Assembly (NCBI GenBank): GCA_040954595.2
Contig: CM082589.2
Coordinates: 5,391,186 to 5,455,185, forward strand
Reading direction: 5' to 3'
DNA: 64,000 nucleotides
From: Balanoglossus misakiensis
Lineage: Eukaryota; Animalia; Hemichordata
This document shows, piece by piece, positions 32,858 to 46,458 of the stretch. The notes below the pieces were generated by a model. It was not told the DNA's origin, did not search any database, and was given only the letters and a program-made list of their open reading frames with translations. A program made the translations under genes and the position numbers. Each line of letters begins with the position of its first letter. Position 1 is the stretch's first letter.

Positions 32858-35800
32858 CTATAGTCTCATTGGCTCGTAAATGATGTTATCAACAAAGCCA
32901 GTTTCAATATCATCCTCCGACTCGGACGGCGGCATGGCTGTGTCAGTCTGGACTACTGGTGGTGAAGCTTGGACATTGCCGCCTGTGAAGGAAGTGACCG
33001 TTTCGTCTTGAAGAAACTGAAAGTTTCGTACAGTGGAGTCAGAGGAGGTAGAATTCAACTCATGGTCCTGTTGACTTGCTTCGTCCGTGACCTCAACTGT
33101 GTTGGGGTTATCGAAAGCCATGTCAACTGCTTCGTTACCATGATTACCGGCAGGTATGTTCCTCCTCTTTTCATCTAATAGTTGCCTTTGCCGCCTGGAT
33201 GCAAAAAATAACATAAACTATATTACCAAATTCTGTACTCTTGACACGTCTGTTTTTATGGTCGGTCCCGCAAAGCTAACCACTACAAAAATGCAACTGA
33301 CCAAAATTATGAAGTAAATTATACAGCAACTTTCGCTCGGTATAGTAGAAATAAAGTGATGGAATGGAAATTAAATGTAATAATATCGCACTGGGGAACA
33401 AAATTGATGAAGATGAAAAATGTACCTGCAATTTCTGTGAATAAGAACACTGAGGAAGATCACCATTGCCATAGAAATTCCAATGGCCACTGCGAAACCA
33501 ATATACAAACTTAAATATACACCTGAAATAAATAAATATAAAGAGATAGATGGTCAAATCAATCAGTCAATCAACCAACCAATCTTTCAATCGACGGGGT
33601 AAATTTTTATGCGCTTTTACAAGAAACATCTTGAGAGCATTTAATACAAGAATATATTAACAGAGGCAACAATGGAAACAATAATTTGTGCTTACCCGGC
33701 AGCGATTTGTCTGTCACTTTCATTTGAACTGGAGCTGAGAACGATGAAACAGGAAATATACATATATATATTTTATCAGAACAGCCTTACTTGAATATTA
33801 CACTAATTACATTATGAGTATGACAAATTTAACCGATCTGTCAGTGGGGAAATGATAAGTTAGCCATGAAATGGAACACGTGTTGTTACGACTGCATAAT
33901 GACCCGGAAGACGATTTGATATATATATAGTTGGTGATAGAAAGATAACCATGTCAATGCTGAGCAGTTTATAATGCAAGGTAACTCTAATATATGCAAC
34001 CCAAAGCGTTCTCATTGAAGCCAGGAGTACGGTGATCGGCCAAGGAGCAAGCAATAAACTTACCAACGCAGCGCGGGCTTCTTCCTGCCCATTTACCAGA
34101 AGCTGTGCAGGTTTTATTTGCATCAGACTGGACCGTACTGTTGTAACCATCAAAACATCGATAGTGCACGATGCTACCTACAGTTATTTTCTCTCCTGTG
34201 TAGTTGGCGTATTCGACCGTGGGAGGGACTCCACACGATATAGCTGTGGAATATATACATATTCACATATGGATAACTCGAACAATAATCACAAAACTGA
34301 ATAAATTACCATACCATTATTACCGTCGCTGAAAGCATTAGAAGGATAACCAGGCAAAGTTACTGCGAACTTGTTTGAAAAACATAGTCGACCTACACAA
34401 GCTGAAGTATTCCACCACAAACAGTGAAGACGAGGAACTGGAATTCGACGTGAAATGCACGGTTACACTCGAAGTGTCCACAAATCGGATTATATCATTG
34501 CTTGCGCTAGTAATGAACCTCTCTTCTCCGGAAATCCCGTCTGTCAAGGTAAGCTTGTCGCCTCCACGTATGTTTGCCACAAGGAATCGGAAAGCGAGTC
34601 CGTCAGTCGCGTTCATGTCTATCGTCCATCGGCAGTTTGCGTGTTCTGTTGAGCTACCAGGAAAGCCGGGCGAGTAGATGTAACCATGGCGACTGGATAC
34701 GTCGAACCCACAAGCACCTACGTTACCTGCGATGAAATCAGTTTCTGAATTACTGCGAGATCTCACGAACTTTGTGGTCTATTCCTAGGCGATATTTTTC
34801 TCGGAATGAAAAAGGTCATGTATTGTCATATAGAATCACCATGTCACCACGTCTTTGACTCACGTGATCTCGCTGTTATATTGTGGCAGCCGCTACTACT
34901 ATCTCAATAATTGTGAACGCCAAATTACTTACTTTCGTAAACATCAAATTGGTAGTGTCCTCCACAGCCCTGACCAGGGTCTCCGGAACACTGCATTGTC
35001 TTATACCCAATCAGAGGCGACGTGTATATCCACTCCCCCGGTAAGACTTCACCGTATCGGGAATAATCAGTACTTTCATTTGCACAATAACATTCATTAG
35101 AACTTTCAATAACAGCAAGAGGCGTCTCCTCTTCACGACAGACTTGTAGGCACTTCTGGATAGTAATGTCAGTTATGTCGGCCTTTTCGCTTTGAGCGAA
35201 TAGTCTTTCACTCAGACTTTCTCTAAATCGACCAAGATAGCCTGGAACTAATACAAAAATGATTTCTCTAAGTCATATTGGTGCGTATATAAGCATTCTC
35301 AGCTGATCAGGTAAACGACCACTGAGCAACGACCCCTTCCATTATATTGGTGCTATACAGTTTCTTTATAGCGAATTTACAGATGTGTTTTAGTATAGGT
35401 AAAATCAATTTGTGTTATTGGCAAAATTGGTAGATTGCGACGCATTTGTGTGCATCTTTTAGCTCAAGTAACCATCGTTTGATAAAAGCAATTTCTTGTG
35501 AGATTTAAAACTGACATTTGTAGGGGAAATATGTCTTGTAACTCACAATAACACGTGACCCCCGCGTGAACAGTCTCTCCGCAGGGACAGTTACCCGTCG
35601 TGTCCCAGTTGATGAAACAGTCTTCAAGGGAAGTAGATGTACGACTGCACGCTATGCCGCACACTGGTGAATCGAGGCGACTGAGGCCAAACGTGTTGTT
35701 GTGCCACATGGCAGACACGAACCCTGCGAGAGAACATCGTGGCAAATGTTACGAATAATGAGAAAACGGTCGACTAGACATTCGAAAGACACGGGGCCGG

Positions 35801-36869
35801 ATGAATGGATATCTTTACCAATGAATGTTAATTTATCCATGCTTGTATGCATTTTTCCTACCTACCTCTCTCATTTATGAAAAACCCTACCGCAATCACA
35901 TACCTAGCTGCCCACATATTGCCCGTGCTATGGTTAGATCCCAGCGATGGCTGTCTGCGCATAGATATCTCCAGTCTGTGCCTTCACCCCGCAGTTCAAC
36001 TCGGCCTTCGAAGGGCGTACGACCACCTGTTAGTCGTACTTCCACTATGCAAATAAGAACGTGAAAGAAAAAAGTGAGACGTCACATTTGTGAAAGGTCT
36101 ATTTTTACACATACTTATGCATGGAGCATACCAAATGACCTACGGGTCGTGATGCTTGACCATGTTGACTACACCCCGCACGTAGTCATTTCCCGTTTTA
36201 ATATTGAACAGTGGTTGATCCGAACATCGTTGCTGCAACGAATATAAAAGTAAAAGCTTCTTACTTGATACAAGACAAGGTTTTTGCAAAACACAGCAAT
36301 AATAACTTCAGGTCGTCAAACGGAACGTGTCGTGTGGAGATCACCATACATTTTGTGACAACGCATTCGTTGTTCAGTGCTCGGGTGTTAAAACACCTCG
36401 CCCTGTTTCACGACAAAACAATTCTTTGCAATAGATTCACTGTGCGTTACAGCACAGTGATTTGTTCTGGGGTCACCCATTGACGTGGTGGCGATCCGCG
36501 AGTATCGATTCTCTACAGGGTTGCGCAGTTGTGATGCGTCTCAGTCAAGGCTCAAATACGTTTAAGAAAATACACACAAGTTATATTCAAGGTGACATTC
36601 CACCAAACAGCTACGACTCATGCTGTCAATTTATACCTTACAAGCTTATTTAGGAGTGCGTCAAAAAAGACAAACGATTAATTATTTTTCAATTTCCGGG
36701 TACCAAGTGAAAGTGATGTGGAATCATTGCCTATCGCTGTCTATACCACAAACGAGAGAAGAGACATATTAACTCGCCACTTACCATATTCGGTCAAGAT
36801 GACGGGTAGAAGACAAACAACTAGTAATATGGACAATGTCAATGAAATCTGATGGCCCGATTGCTGCAT
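32858..36869 (-). CDS. Type I membrane receptor: signal peptide-SRCR-WSC-CUB-Sushi-TM-short tail (receptor 1)
   Basis: Signal exon [28 protein letters not shown]; [19 protein letters not shown]...AICGQLG...AGVTC; WSC CLQVC...ECYC...[11 protein letters not shown]; CUB CG...GYIYSPGFP...CRWTI; Sushi CGVPP...YRCFDGY...[14 protein letters not shown]; [25 protein letters not shown]; tail ends [13 protein letters not shown]. Confidence 0.85.
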
Positions 36870-37540
36870 ATTACCGCGTTTTAACTTCTAGTCTGCAAAC
36901 GAGAACACCATTTTTCATCGTGCACTCACCTGAACTCCGTCGGACCTCGGTACGCCTTTGTTATGTAAAATAGGCAAACTCTCTTGGGTGGCCTGCCTGG
37001 TTGAAAAGTTGAAAAGTCGAAATGTATAGCACATTCCATTTCAAGAAGCTGGGAGTGACATTGGCAGGCCTGGCGTATACATTTATAGATTTCTCACTTT
37101 CGCGGTAGTGGTTCAAGGTTTCACTGAAGCCGAACGTTTTATCCAATTATCAAAATTGGTTAGGTCAGTTCCGAGGTGCATAGGCCTACTTCAAAATTTT
37201 GTAAATTTCAGTACATGTAATACCACGTGCGCGTTTTACATTTTTGGGGATTATACAAGGGCAGCTTAATTAAATATGCAAATTAGAACGTAGGCCTAAT
37301 TGACATTACGTGGCAGTCAGAACTAAGTCATCAAATACAAAATTATAACGAAAACCAAGACGTGCGTATGGCAGAAAGGTGCCCATCTACATGTAAGCAA
37401 ACCGTACAATGGACTTCTATAAACAGCGACCTCAAACACCTGTGACGGGTGATCGTTGATTATGTACACTCTTTCACAAGACAGGCACCGAACTTACCTC
37501 CTGAAATCAATTCGAATAAGTAGTGCATCGCCTTAATACC

Positions 37541-39775
37541 ATGAGGGGAACGGCATACGGCAGTGTACAACCGACAAGGTCTGGAACCGTCGGCGAAGTG
37601 CGAGACGGCGGTGTCCGTGGTTGGCTGGTCGTTCTGGGCAGCCATGTTTGTTGTGTCTTCACGTTCGGTGGGTTCATGGTCATAGGTTTGTTCTTCGTTG
37701 CCATACAGCAAACATTCGAAGCAAGTTCAGCGAGTGTATCGTGGATATTATCACTGCAAATGTGTCTTCAATATGCCCTCGGTAAGTTTTCGGCAAGTTT
37801 TTGAATGCTGCAAGGCGACACGCCCTCAAACTGGGTCACAGTCCCCCAAGAAAGGGACTGTGACTCGATCAAATGTCTTCGGCGAACAAAAAAGAATGCA
37901 TTTCATTTCTTTCCGTATTCACTGATAGATATGCCAAAGTTCTATGTTTTGATGTAAGAAAACACGATCTTTTATTGAACAGTTGGAAATATGAAGAAAC
38001 GACCTTCTTGCACTTTCTCAAGGTTATTTATACAGTACAAGAATAAAGGGGACAACTCGAAGGCCGATTCGGGTGATTGATCAACTCCCTTTATTTATTG
38101 ATATTCCGAACCAAAGAGCCTCATTTACCACTTATAACCTCTTCACTTTGAATACTTCAATAGGTCCCGTTTCGAGTCTGTGTGTCACCAGAATGGGGTT
38201 TCGATTAACTGTTGGTATCGGAGCTTTGGTCTCTTCACTGGGATTTTTCCTGAGTGCGTTTGCTCCAAACTTGGAATACCTGTACTTCAGTTGTGGAATT
38301 CTTGTTGGTAGGTTTCTGATTTGTTATTTTACAATTTATTGGCATTCAATTAGTCAAGACAGTCGTCCCCCTCTTTGAGAAATATACGAATGACTTATGT
38401 CATAACTTCTGGAAAAAAACTACCCATACCTACTTGTTTCTAAAGGAGGCGCTTGAACTTTTAGAAAATGCGCGCATAAGATATTTTTAAAATCCTAGCT
38501 GTTTCCTCATTTTGCGCACGTTTGTTGTCAAATATTAGAATTAATACAACTATACTTTGTTTCTCTTAAGGTATAGGATACGGTCTTGTGATGACCGCAT
38601 CTTTAGGAATAGTGCCTCTTTACATCAAGAAAAAGTATGCCGTGGCTAATGCTCTAGTCGTGACAGGAGCCGGTACTGGTGCATTGTTTCTCTCGCCTTT
38701 GATACAACAGCTGATAGCCTTCTACGGATGGAGAGGTGCGTTTATTGCCTACTCTGCCATCAATGCCCAGATGGTTGTCTGTGCCACGTTATACAAAAGG
38801 CCAAACACTGAAGCAGACAAGGAAGAAACGCAATATTTGAACGATAAAGAAGGTCTTGGGGAACCCAAACGCAAGAACATTACTGAACTTGTTGCAGGAT
38901 TTGGCTGTAGGCTTTTTGTGCAATACCCGTCATTCGCTGTTATATGTGTAGCGTATCTATCTGGGGTCGGGATTGGTCATTTGGGAGCTCCAGCGCACCT
39001 GGTTGCACGCGCTGAAGTTTGGCAACTGGGGAGCGAGCAAGACGTCGCCCTCCTGGTATCAGTCCACGGCATTGGTAGTATCGCCGGGCGGTTGTCAGTT
39101 CCAGCCCTGCTCCATCTAGGACGCCGACGCATGACCAGTCTCCACTGGTTCGGGTTAGCGTTTCTGATAGCAGGAGTGATAAACGTCATCAGTTCGCTGT
39201 GTAGAACATATGAACTATACATAACCTACTCAGTTGCTCTTGGAATCTTAAGTGGGATATTTTTCGCTTTCACCATACAAGCTATTAAGGACTCTGTAGG
39301 CGCCGAAATGGTAACAACTGCCCTTGGACTTTGCTTCCCGTTTGGTGCACTTGGGGTATTAATCGGCCCCCCTTGTGCAGGTAAGTTGTGATCACACAGC
39401 CATGCACGTGTCACGAAATGACACTAATAGAATCTCACATCCCCAAGAAATTTGATCAACGCTATTTATATAACCTATTCTGAAATATTTATGGGTAATA
39501 ATGTACACAACACGCTTAAATCGAATAATTAGATAATCTACTTTGTGTAACGATGTCAAACTACAATTATAACATGGCTGCGTCAGGGTCTCCTTGTCTT
39601 AATCTATTGTACTCTGTTGCATTTTGCAGGTTATATATATGACGTGACGGGTGATTACAACAATTCCTTTTACTTCTACGGTGCATTTTTACTTTTTGCC
39701 GGAACGATAGTACTCGTGTTTGGTCTGATCACACGAAAACAAGGGAGGCCGGGGTACGAACAGTTGGAGAAATAA
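37541..39775 (+). CDS. SLC16/MCT family transporter (copy 2)
   Basis: RDGGVRGWLVVLGSH, YGWRGAF, GPPCAGYIYDVTGDYNNSFYFYG...GYEQLEK*; same four-exon structure as copy 1. Confidence 0.9.
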
Positions 39776-40373
39776 CAACGGAACTGTGAAAGAATTCACA
39801 GAGTTAGTAAATTTACTGAGATGGCGACCTGAATGGACATTCGCGTTGTTTTCTCAATTATATATATTTTCTAAGGCGTATGTGAATTTGATACCTTTGC
39901 AGTTTTAACAACTTATTTACAACATGAAGTCCCTAAGGATATTATATTATTTCAGTATCATTTAATATTATAAATAAATAAACAATCGGAATAATAAATT
40001 GCAACATAAATTTCACTCCAGCAGTATTTGGTATCGAAGATTAATTTTTGGATTTGTTTTATAAGTACACATAAGTTGGCTTCTCAATATCAGGAAATAT
40101 GACAATGTGTACCATTATTTATTACAAAGCTAAAGCATTCTATGGTAGCCAGAGCTTAGTGACCAAATCTTCAATTTATAACGAACACCAGGAGCATTGT
40201 GTACGTATGATAGAAACGTGGCTTATCTACGTTACCCCACACGTCACACGTGCAAAGGGGTGGTGTACTATTAAATCTGCAGCGACTGTCATTGGCTTGT
40301 TAGTCGTTCTCCAGACAGGGGCACCGAACCTACGTCCTGAGATCAATTCGGATATGCATTGCATCGCCTCACC

Positions 40374-42797
40374 ATGAGAGGAACGGCATACGGCAGTGTA
40401 CGAGCCACACCGCAAACAGCGGCAAAGTCTGGAACCGTCGGCGAAGTGCGAGACGGCGGTGTCCGTGGTTGGCTAGTCGTTCTCGGCAGCCATGTTTGTT
40501 GCGTCTTCAACTTCGGTTTCTTCGTGGTCATAGGGTTGTTCTTCGTTGCCATACAGCGAACATTCGAAGCGTCTTCAGCGAGTGTATCATGGATATTATC
40601 ACTGCAAATGTTTCTTCAATATGGCCTCGGTAAGTTCTCGGCAAGTTTTGGAATGCTGCAAGGCGTTTTTGAAGTGTGCATCTGGGCGACACGCACTAAA
40701 ATCTGTCAACAGCCCTCGGCGAAGAACAGAACCGCATTTATTCTATTTTCTTTCACAACTCCCCTCAACCACAGCAGAAACAATTAGAGGCCGTGCTCCC
40801 TGACATATATTCCAAAGTTCTGTGCTATTATATAAGAAAACACGACCTCAACATTTACAAACATGGAGATACGACCATGTACTTTCGCAAGGTTATATGA
40901 CATCAAGTTGAAAAGGTCGATTAGAATGCTTGACCCACTTTCTTGATTTATCGCTATACTGTCGCGTGAAGTGTTTGGTCGTCTGGTAGGAAGGGGGTGG
41001 GTTCTATGGGCATGTAATATTGAAATGGGCAGTAATCATCCTTCATCGAATGAGTTATTTGCATATTTAGCCATTTCGTTAATTAGAAATATCGCATGGG
41101 AAACGAGCCCGATTTACTGGTTCCGTAAATAAAACCAAAGAGTCTCAATTACCACTAATAAACTCTACATATTCAATACTTCGATAGGTCCCGTTTCGAG
41201 TCTGTGTGTCAGCAGAATAGGATTTCGATTAACTGTTGGTATCGGAGCTTTCATCTCTTCACTGGGATTTTTCCTGAGTGCGTTTGCCCCAAACGTGGAA
41301 TATTTGTACTTCAGTTGCGGAATTCTAGTCGGTAGGTTTCTGAATCGTTAATTGATTTTCAACAGCCGTCCACCTCTATTGAGAAATGTACGAATGGCTA
41401 TAGTTAATTAAAGGTACTTGATTTTAAAGGGGCGCTTGTACTTTAAGAAAATGCACGACTGTCTACCAACTTTCCAGTGAAATGAAATGCCATTCGCACG
41501 AGTGATGTACACAGTTAGTGATTTGATATGTTATCAACCTCTTTTCGACTGTTTTCTGGAAAGGAATTGCATGACACAAATACATCATTCAAAACAGCTC
41601 AAACATCCAAACATAGACTCTTGCACTAAAATTCTGTTTCTCTTAAGGCGTAGGATACGGTCTTGTGACGACGGCATCTTTAGGAATAGTGCCTCTTTAC
41701 ATCAAGAAGAAGTATGCCCTTGCTAATGCTCTGGTAATGACGGGAGCCGGTACTGGTGCATTGTTGCTCTCGCCTTTGATACAACAGCTGATAGCTTTCT
41801 ACGGATGGAGAGGTGCGTTTATTGCCTACTCTGCCATCAATGCCCAGATGGCTGTCTGTGCCACGATATACAAAAGGCCAAACACTGATACAAACGACAA
41901 CGATGAAACACAATATCTGAAAGACAAAGAAGATCCTGGGGAACCCAAACGCAAGAGGATGTCTCGTTCGTTTGCAGCATTTGGTTGCAAACTTCTTGTG
42001 CAATACCCATCATTGGCTGTTATAAGCGTTTCTTATCTATTTGGAGTCGGGATTGGCTATTTCGGAGCTCCTTCACACCTGGTTGCACGCGCTGAAGTTT
42101 GGCAACTGGGAAGCGAGCAAGAGATCGCCGCCATGATGTCGATACACGGCATTGGAAGTATCGCCGGGCGGTTGTCAGTGCCAGTGGTCCTTCATTTTGG
42201 ATGCAGACGCATGACCAGTCTCCACTGGTTCGGGTTGGCGTTCCTGATGACAGGTGTGGCACAAATCATCAGTTCGCTATGTAGAACATATCCACTGTAC
42301 ACAACCTACGCAACTGTTCTGGGATTCCTAAGTGGGGCAATTTTCACGCTTGCCATTCAAGCTCTTAAGGACATAGCAGGTGCGGAGATGGTAACAACCG
42401 CATTTGGTCTTTGCGTCTCATTTAGTGCATTAGGGGTTTTAATAGGACCTACATGTGCAGGTAAGTTATGACAAAGGCGTGTGTACCGAACTGGTCTTGA
42501 AACATTCACGGGTAGTAATGCACATTAAATGCGAATTAAATTAGAACAAAAATGAAAATCGACATTGTGCAACGATGTAAAATGACAATTATAATATGGC
42601 TGTATCTGGGACTACTTGTCTTAATTTGTTGTATTCTGTTGCATTTTGCAGGTTATATATATGACGTCACTGGTGATTACAACAATTCCTTTTACTTCTA
42701 CGGTGCATTTTTACTCTTGGCCGGAACGATAATACTCATGTTTGGTCTGATCACACGAAAACAAAGGAGATCGGGATACGAGCAGTTGAAGAAGTAA
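40374..42797 (+). CDS. SLC16/MCT family transporter (copy 3, recent tandem duplicate of copy 2)
   Basis: Exons 1, 2 and 4 and some flanking intron sequence are near-identical to copy 2; ends GYEQLKK*. Confidence 0.9.
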
Positions 42798-43648
42798 CAA
42801 CGGAACTGTGTCTTGTTTTTATCGTGTCCTGTTGTACATAATTGAATATATACATGTACTACCAATTGCATCGTTTATGCGGTGTTTTTTTTTTTCCTGC
42901 AGGTGATATCCAAATGAGATAAACTAGCCCTTGGTGAACCGTGCTAAAATGAAACCATCGCTTCATTATAAATCCCCTTTGCAATCATAATTAATACTGA
43001 TAGAACTTGCATTCATTCATTCATCACATGTACACGAACAGTTATCTCCTCCCTGTTCCAGTACGGTCCGTCGTGTACAAGTTATACTATGAAACATGGC
43101 TACTGTATTGATCACATTTGCACCGGACTACTTTCAGCTTGTAAACATTGAACGCCATGAACGATAGAGGTGAACATTGTGCCGTAATTTGATTATTTCA
43201 ACCAGCTATCACCAGAAACTAGAATACGATATTAAATTGTTCGTATATTTGGTAACCTCAAAGTGATTAACGTTCCTTTTTATCGCCAGTGTTCTCAAAA
43301 ATCGCCAATGTGATCTTGCCACATGTAGCTCTGAACCAAAGCACCCATTAACTGACCAAACATGACCCCACTTTGCATAACAAAGAGTGCGTAATTTGGC
43401 CAATGAACGATCGTCAAGGATATGCGTCATGACTGCCGCATTACTGTACTGAATATCAAGACGCGCATGTAAGTAATCTGTCCTGTGCTCGTGAAAGTAG
43501 TGCCCTATACACCAGGTTACTCGTGAAAATAACTTATGTTCATGTTCAGAGGGAGCTCCATATAGAAACCAACGACACTGCCCTGGTGAAAACCGGTCGA
43601 CGCCCGTCTGTTAAAAGAATCCCTTAACTGGAGAAGGTTTTACCAGAC

Positions 43649-45929
43649 ATGATGCAAGCACCATCGGAACCAAGGAACGCTTGTGGAATGCAAGACGTGT
43701 ATGGTTGGTTAGTGGTCTTGAGCAGCCATATTTGTGGTATCTTCATGTTCAGTGCATACTCATCCTTGGGTCTAGTCTTCGTGGCCATACAGCAAACGTT
43801 CGAAGAGACCTCATCGCGTGTATCATGGATGATATCATTACTCATGTGTCTGCAAATGTGCATGGGTAGGTTTGTGGAAATTGTATGTTGGCGTGACTCT
43901 TATAGACAAGATAATGATGTGTTCACGTTTGGGGTTTAGGGTATGTATCGAGAGGAAATATTACATTGATGAATGATGACTTCTCCAGAGCTGCCTATTA
44001 GAAGATAGATCAAATTTAACAGTATTAGATGGTAAAAGAACATATTAATCAGAAAAGAAAACGAAACTATCTAATTCTGGCGTTTCATTGGTTTTTATAA
44101 CAAGCTCATGTGTTTCATGAGATATCATGGGAGCATGGGTATGAGCGACGATGCTTCAGTACATGTGTTTTTGTCTCACCAGTACAATTTTTTATTTTGT
44201 TTAGTATTAAAGCGACTGCTAAAACTGGAAGGAGTGTATATATGGCATATGCCATAGGCCTATATAAAGCTTTATAAATGGCATATGTCTGACCCGGCCG
44301 AAGCCATTTATACCGGGGATTGTGGAAAATGTTTTTTATTCGAAGATAACCTGTGGTTTAGAATTCCGAAAATTTGAATTTATTTCCAAAAGGAATTCGC
44401 ATAAAACCTAAAACGTGGCATATCTTAACTCGTTTTTATCACACATGACCCCAAATCTAAAATGTGAAGACTTCAAAACGGGGCTGACACAGCCGTATTT
44501 AATCCAAACTAGTGTCCTCTAAAAAGTGTATACCCGTTATAATTATAGCTCCTATTGCAACCTTGTATGTGAAGAAAATTGGTTTCCGGTTGACAGTTGG
44601 TGTTGGCACGATGTTATCATCCCTTGGACTATTTCTGAGTGCATTTGCTGCAAGTTTGGATGGTTTGTACTTCACTTGGGGCATCCTCGCTGGTAAGTGA
44701 AAACACTTGTATATTAAGGCATATTTTCATGATAAAAAATATAAATGTATTTAACATTCCGCAAAATATTTATGTATGTTTGGTGATCAATTGTTTTTGA
44801 TAACATATTTTCTCTAAGGTATAGGATACGGTCTTGTGATGCCAGCATCTTTAGGAATAGTGCCTCTTTACATCAAGAAGAAGTATGCCCTTGCTAATGC
44901 TCTGGTACAGACGGGAGCCGGTACTGGTGCCTTTTTGCTCTCGCCTTTGATACAAAAGCTGATAGCCTTCTACGGATGGAGAGGGTGTCTTGTTGTATTT
45001 TCTGCGCTTAATGTCCACATGGCAGTGTGTGGCACGCTTTTCAAAACACCTGATATAGGAAGAAACTACACAGAAATCGGAGCGAACGACGAAGGTGCAG
45101 ACAATGGCGTGAGGGGTAAAGAAAGAGACGGCTCCAATGGCTACAATGAGTGGAAACTCCGTGATGAGTGTGGTTGCTTGGTATACGGAAACTATTCAAC
45201 GCTCACCGTTTTATGCATAGCTTTCTTTTTCGGCGTTGGTGTTGGCTATGCAGGGTCCCCTGCTCACATTATCGCCCGCGCCGAAGTGTGGCAGATCGGC
45301 AGCAAGGAAGATATCGCTTTAATGGTGTCAGCATTTGGCATTGGTGGTATTGCTGGAAGATTGTCTGTTCCAGCTGTTCTACACTTTGGCTGCAGAAGTA
45401 TGACGAGTTCCCATTGGTTTGGATTGGCTTTTCTATTGGCTGGTATTGCAAACGTTTTCAGCGCGTTCTGTACAACGTATGCATTGTACACCACTTACGC
45501 ATTTACTTTTGGATTCCTGAGTGGACTATTTATGGCGCTTTCAGTACAGGTTGTCAAAGATGTTGTCGGTCCTGAAATGGTAACAACTGCCCTTGGATAT
45601 GTCCTTCCATTTAATGGACTGGGAGCAGTATTTGGAACCCCATGCGCTGGTAAGCTCAATATTGACACTCATATACATACATACATACACATACATACAT
45701 ACATACACATACATGCATACATACATACATACATACATGACAGTGATGATTTCCATATACTGCGCCCATTGTTAACTGATATTTAGTACCAAAATTCTGC
45801 TATTATTCTTACTTTGCAGGTTATATATATGATGTCACGGGTGATTACAACAATTCGTTTTATTTTTTCGCTGCATGTTTAATTTCTTCTGGTACGACAG
45901 TACTTGTTTTTGAACTGATAAAAAAGTAG
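43649..45929 (+). CDS. SLC16/MCT family transporter (copy 4)
   Basis: QDVYGWLVVLSSH...SRVSWM, KKIGFRLTVGVG, YGWRG, GTPCAGYIYDVTGDYNNSFYFF...ELIKK*. Confidence 0.88.
45670..45738. repeat. (ATAC)n microsatellite
   Basis: Imperfect CATACATA run in the last intron of MCT copy 4. Confidence 0.9.
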
Positions 45930-46014
45930 ATGGCGAAAGAAACGACAGAAAACCAGGACATCAGCAGTTGAATTAGAAATAGTGGTACTGATTATCCTTG
46001 ACATGTTTCACGCG

Positions 46015-46070
46015 TGTCTGGATTGTTTCGTCTCAACCAACCAACCAACCAACCAACCAACCAACCAACC
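46015..46070. repeat. (AACC)n microsatellite
   Basis: CAACCAACCAACC... run downstream of MCT copy 4. Confidence 0.9.
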
Positions 46071-46458
46071 ATATCTTGAAAGTCAAGTATGTTTTGCGTC
46101 TTCCCTTGGGTTTACATCATTGTCATTACTGTATGCATATGTCACATATTTCTTGAATTATTCGGAAGAACTTGAGTTATTTCGATATTTAACAATTGGT
46201 TTTACAAACCAATGTTGATTAAAAATATCTCTATCAACTAGATGTGTAAGTGTTGCTTAATTTCCTAGTTCCCCTGGGCGAGTAACAAAAGGCCGAGAAA
46301 ATGTGTGGAAACTTGCCTACATTATACAGTCACTCAGACAGTCATTTTATTTCGCAAAAAGAAGCATTTATCAGTATACCTCACAGACCTAGAATAGTGT
46401 ACAATTTCAAGTCTTGCGTTGACTTATCTGTTTTTACGTTTATTTTCTTTACTCAACG

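Noticed and set aside
45927-45971. Stop-codon readthrough or premature stop in MCT copy 4 (TAG followed by 13 open codons)
   Set aside because: The stop follows the last TM, lacks a readthrough context, and the extension does not match the paralogs.
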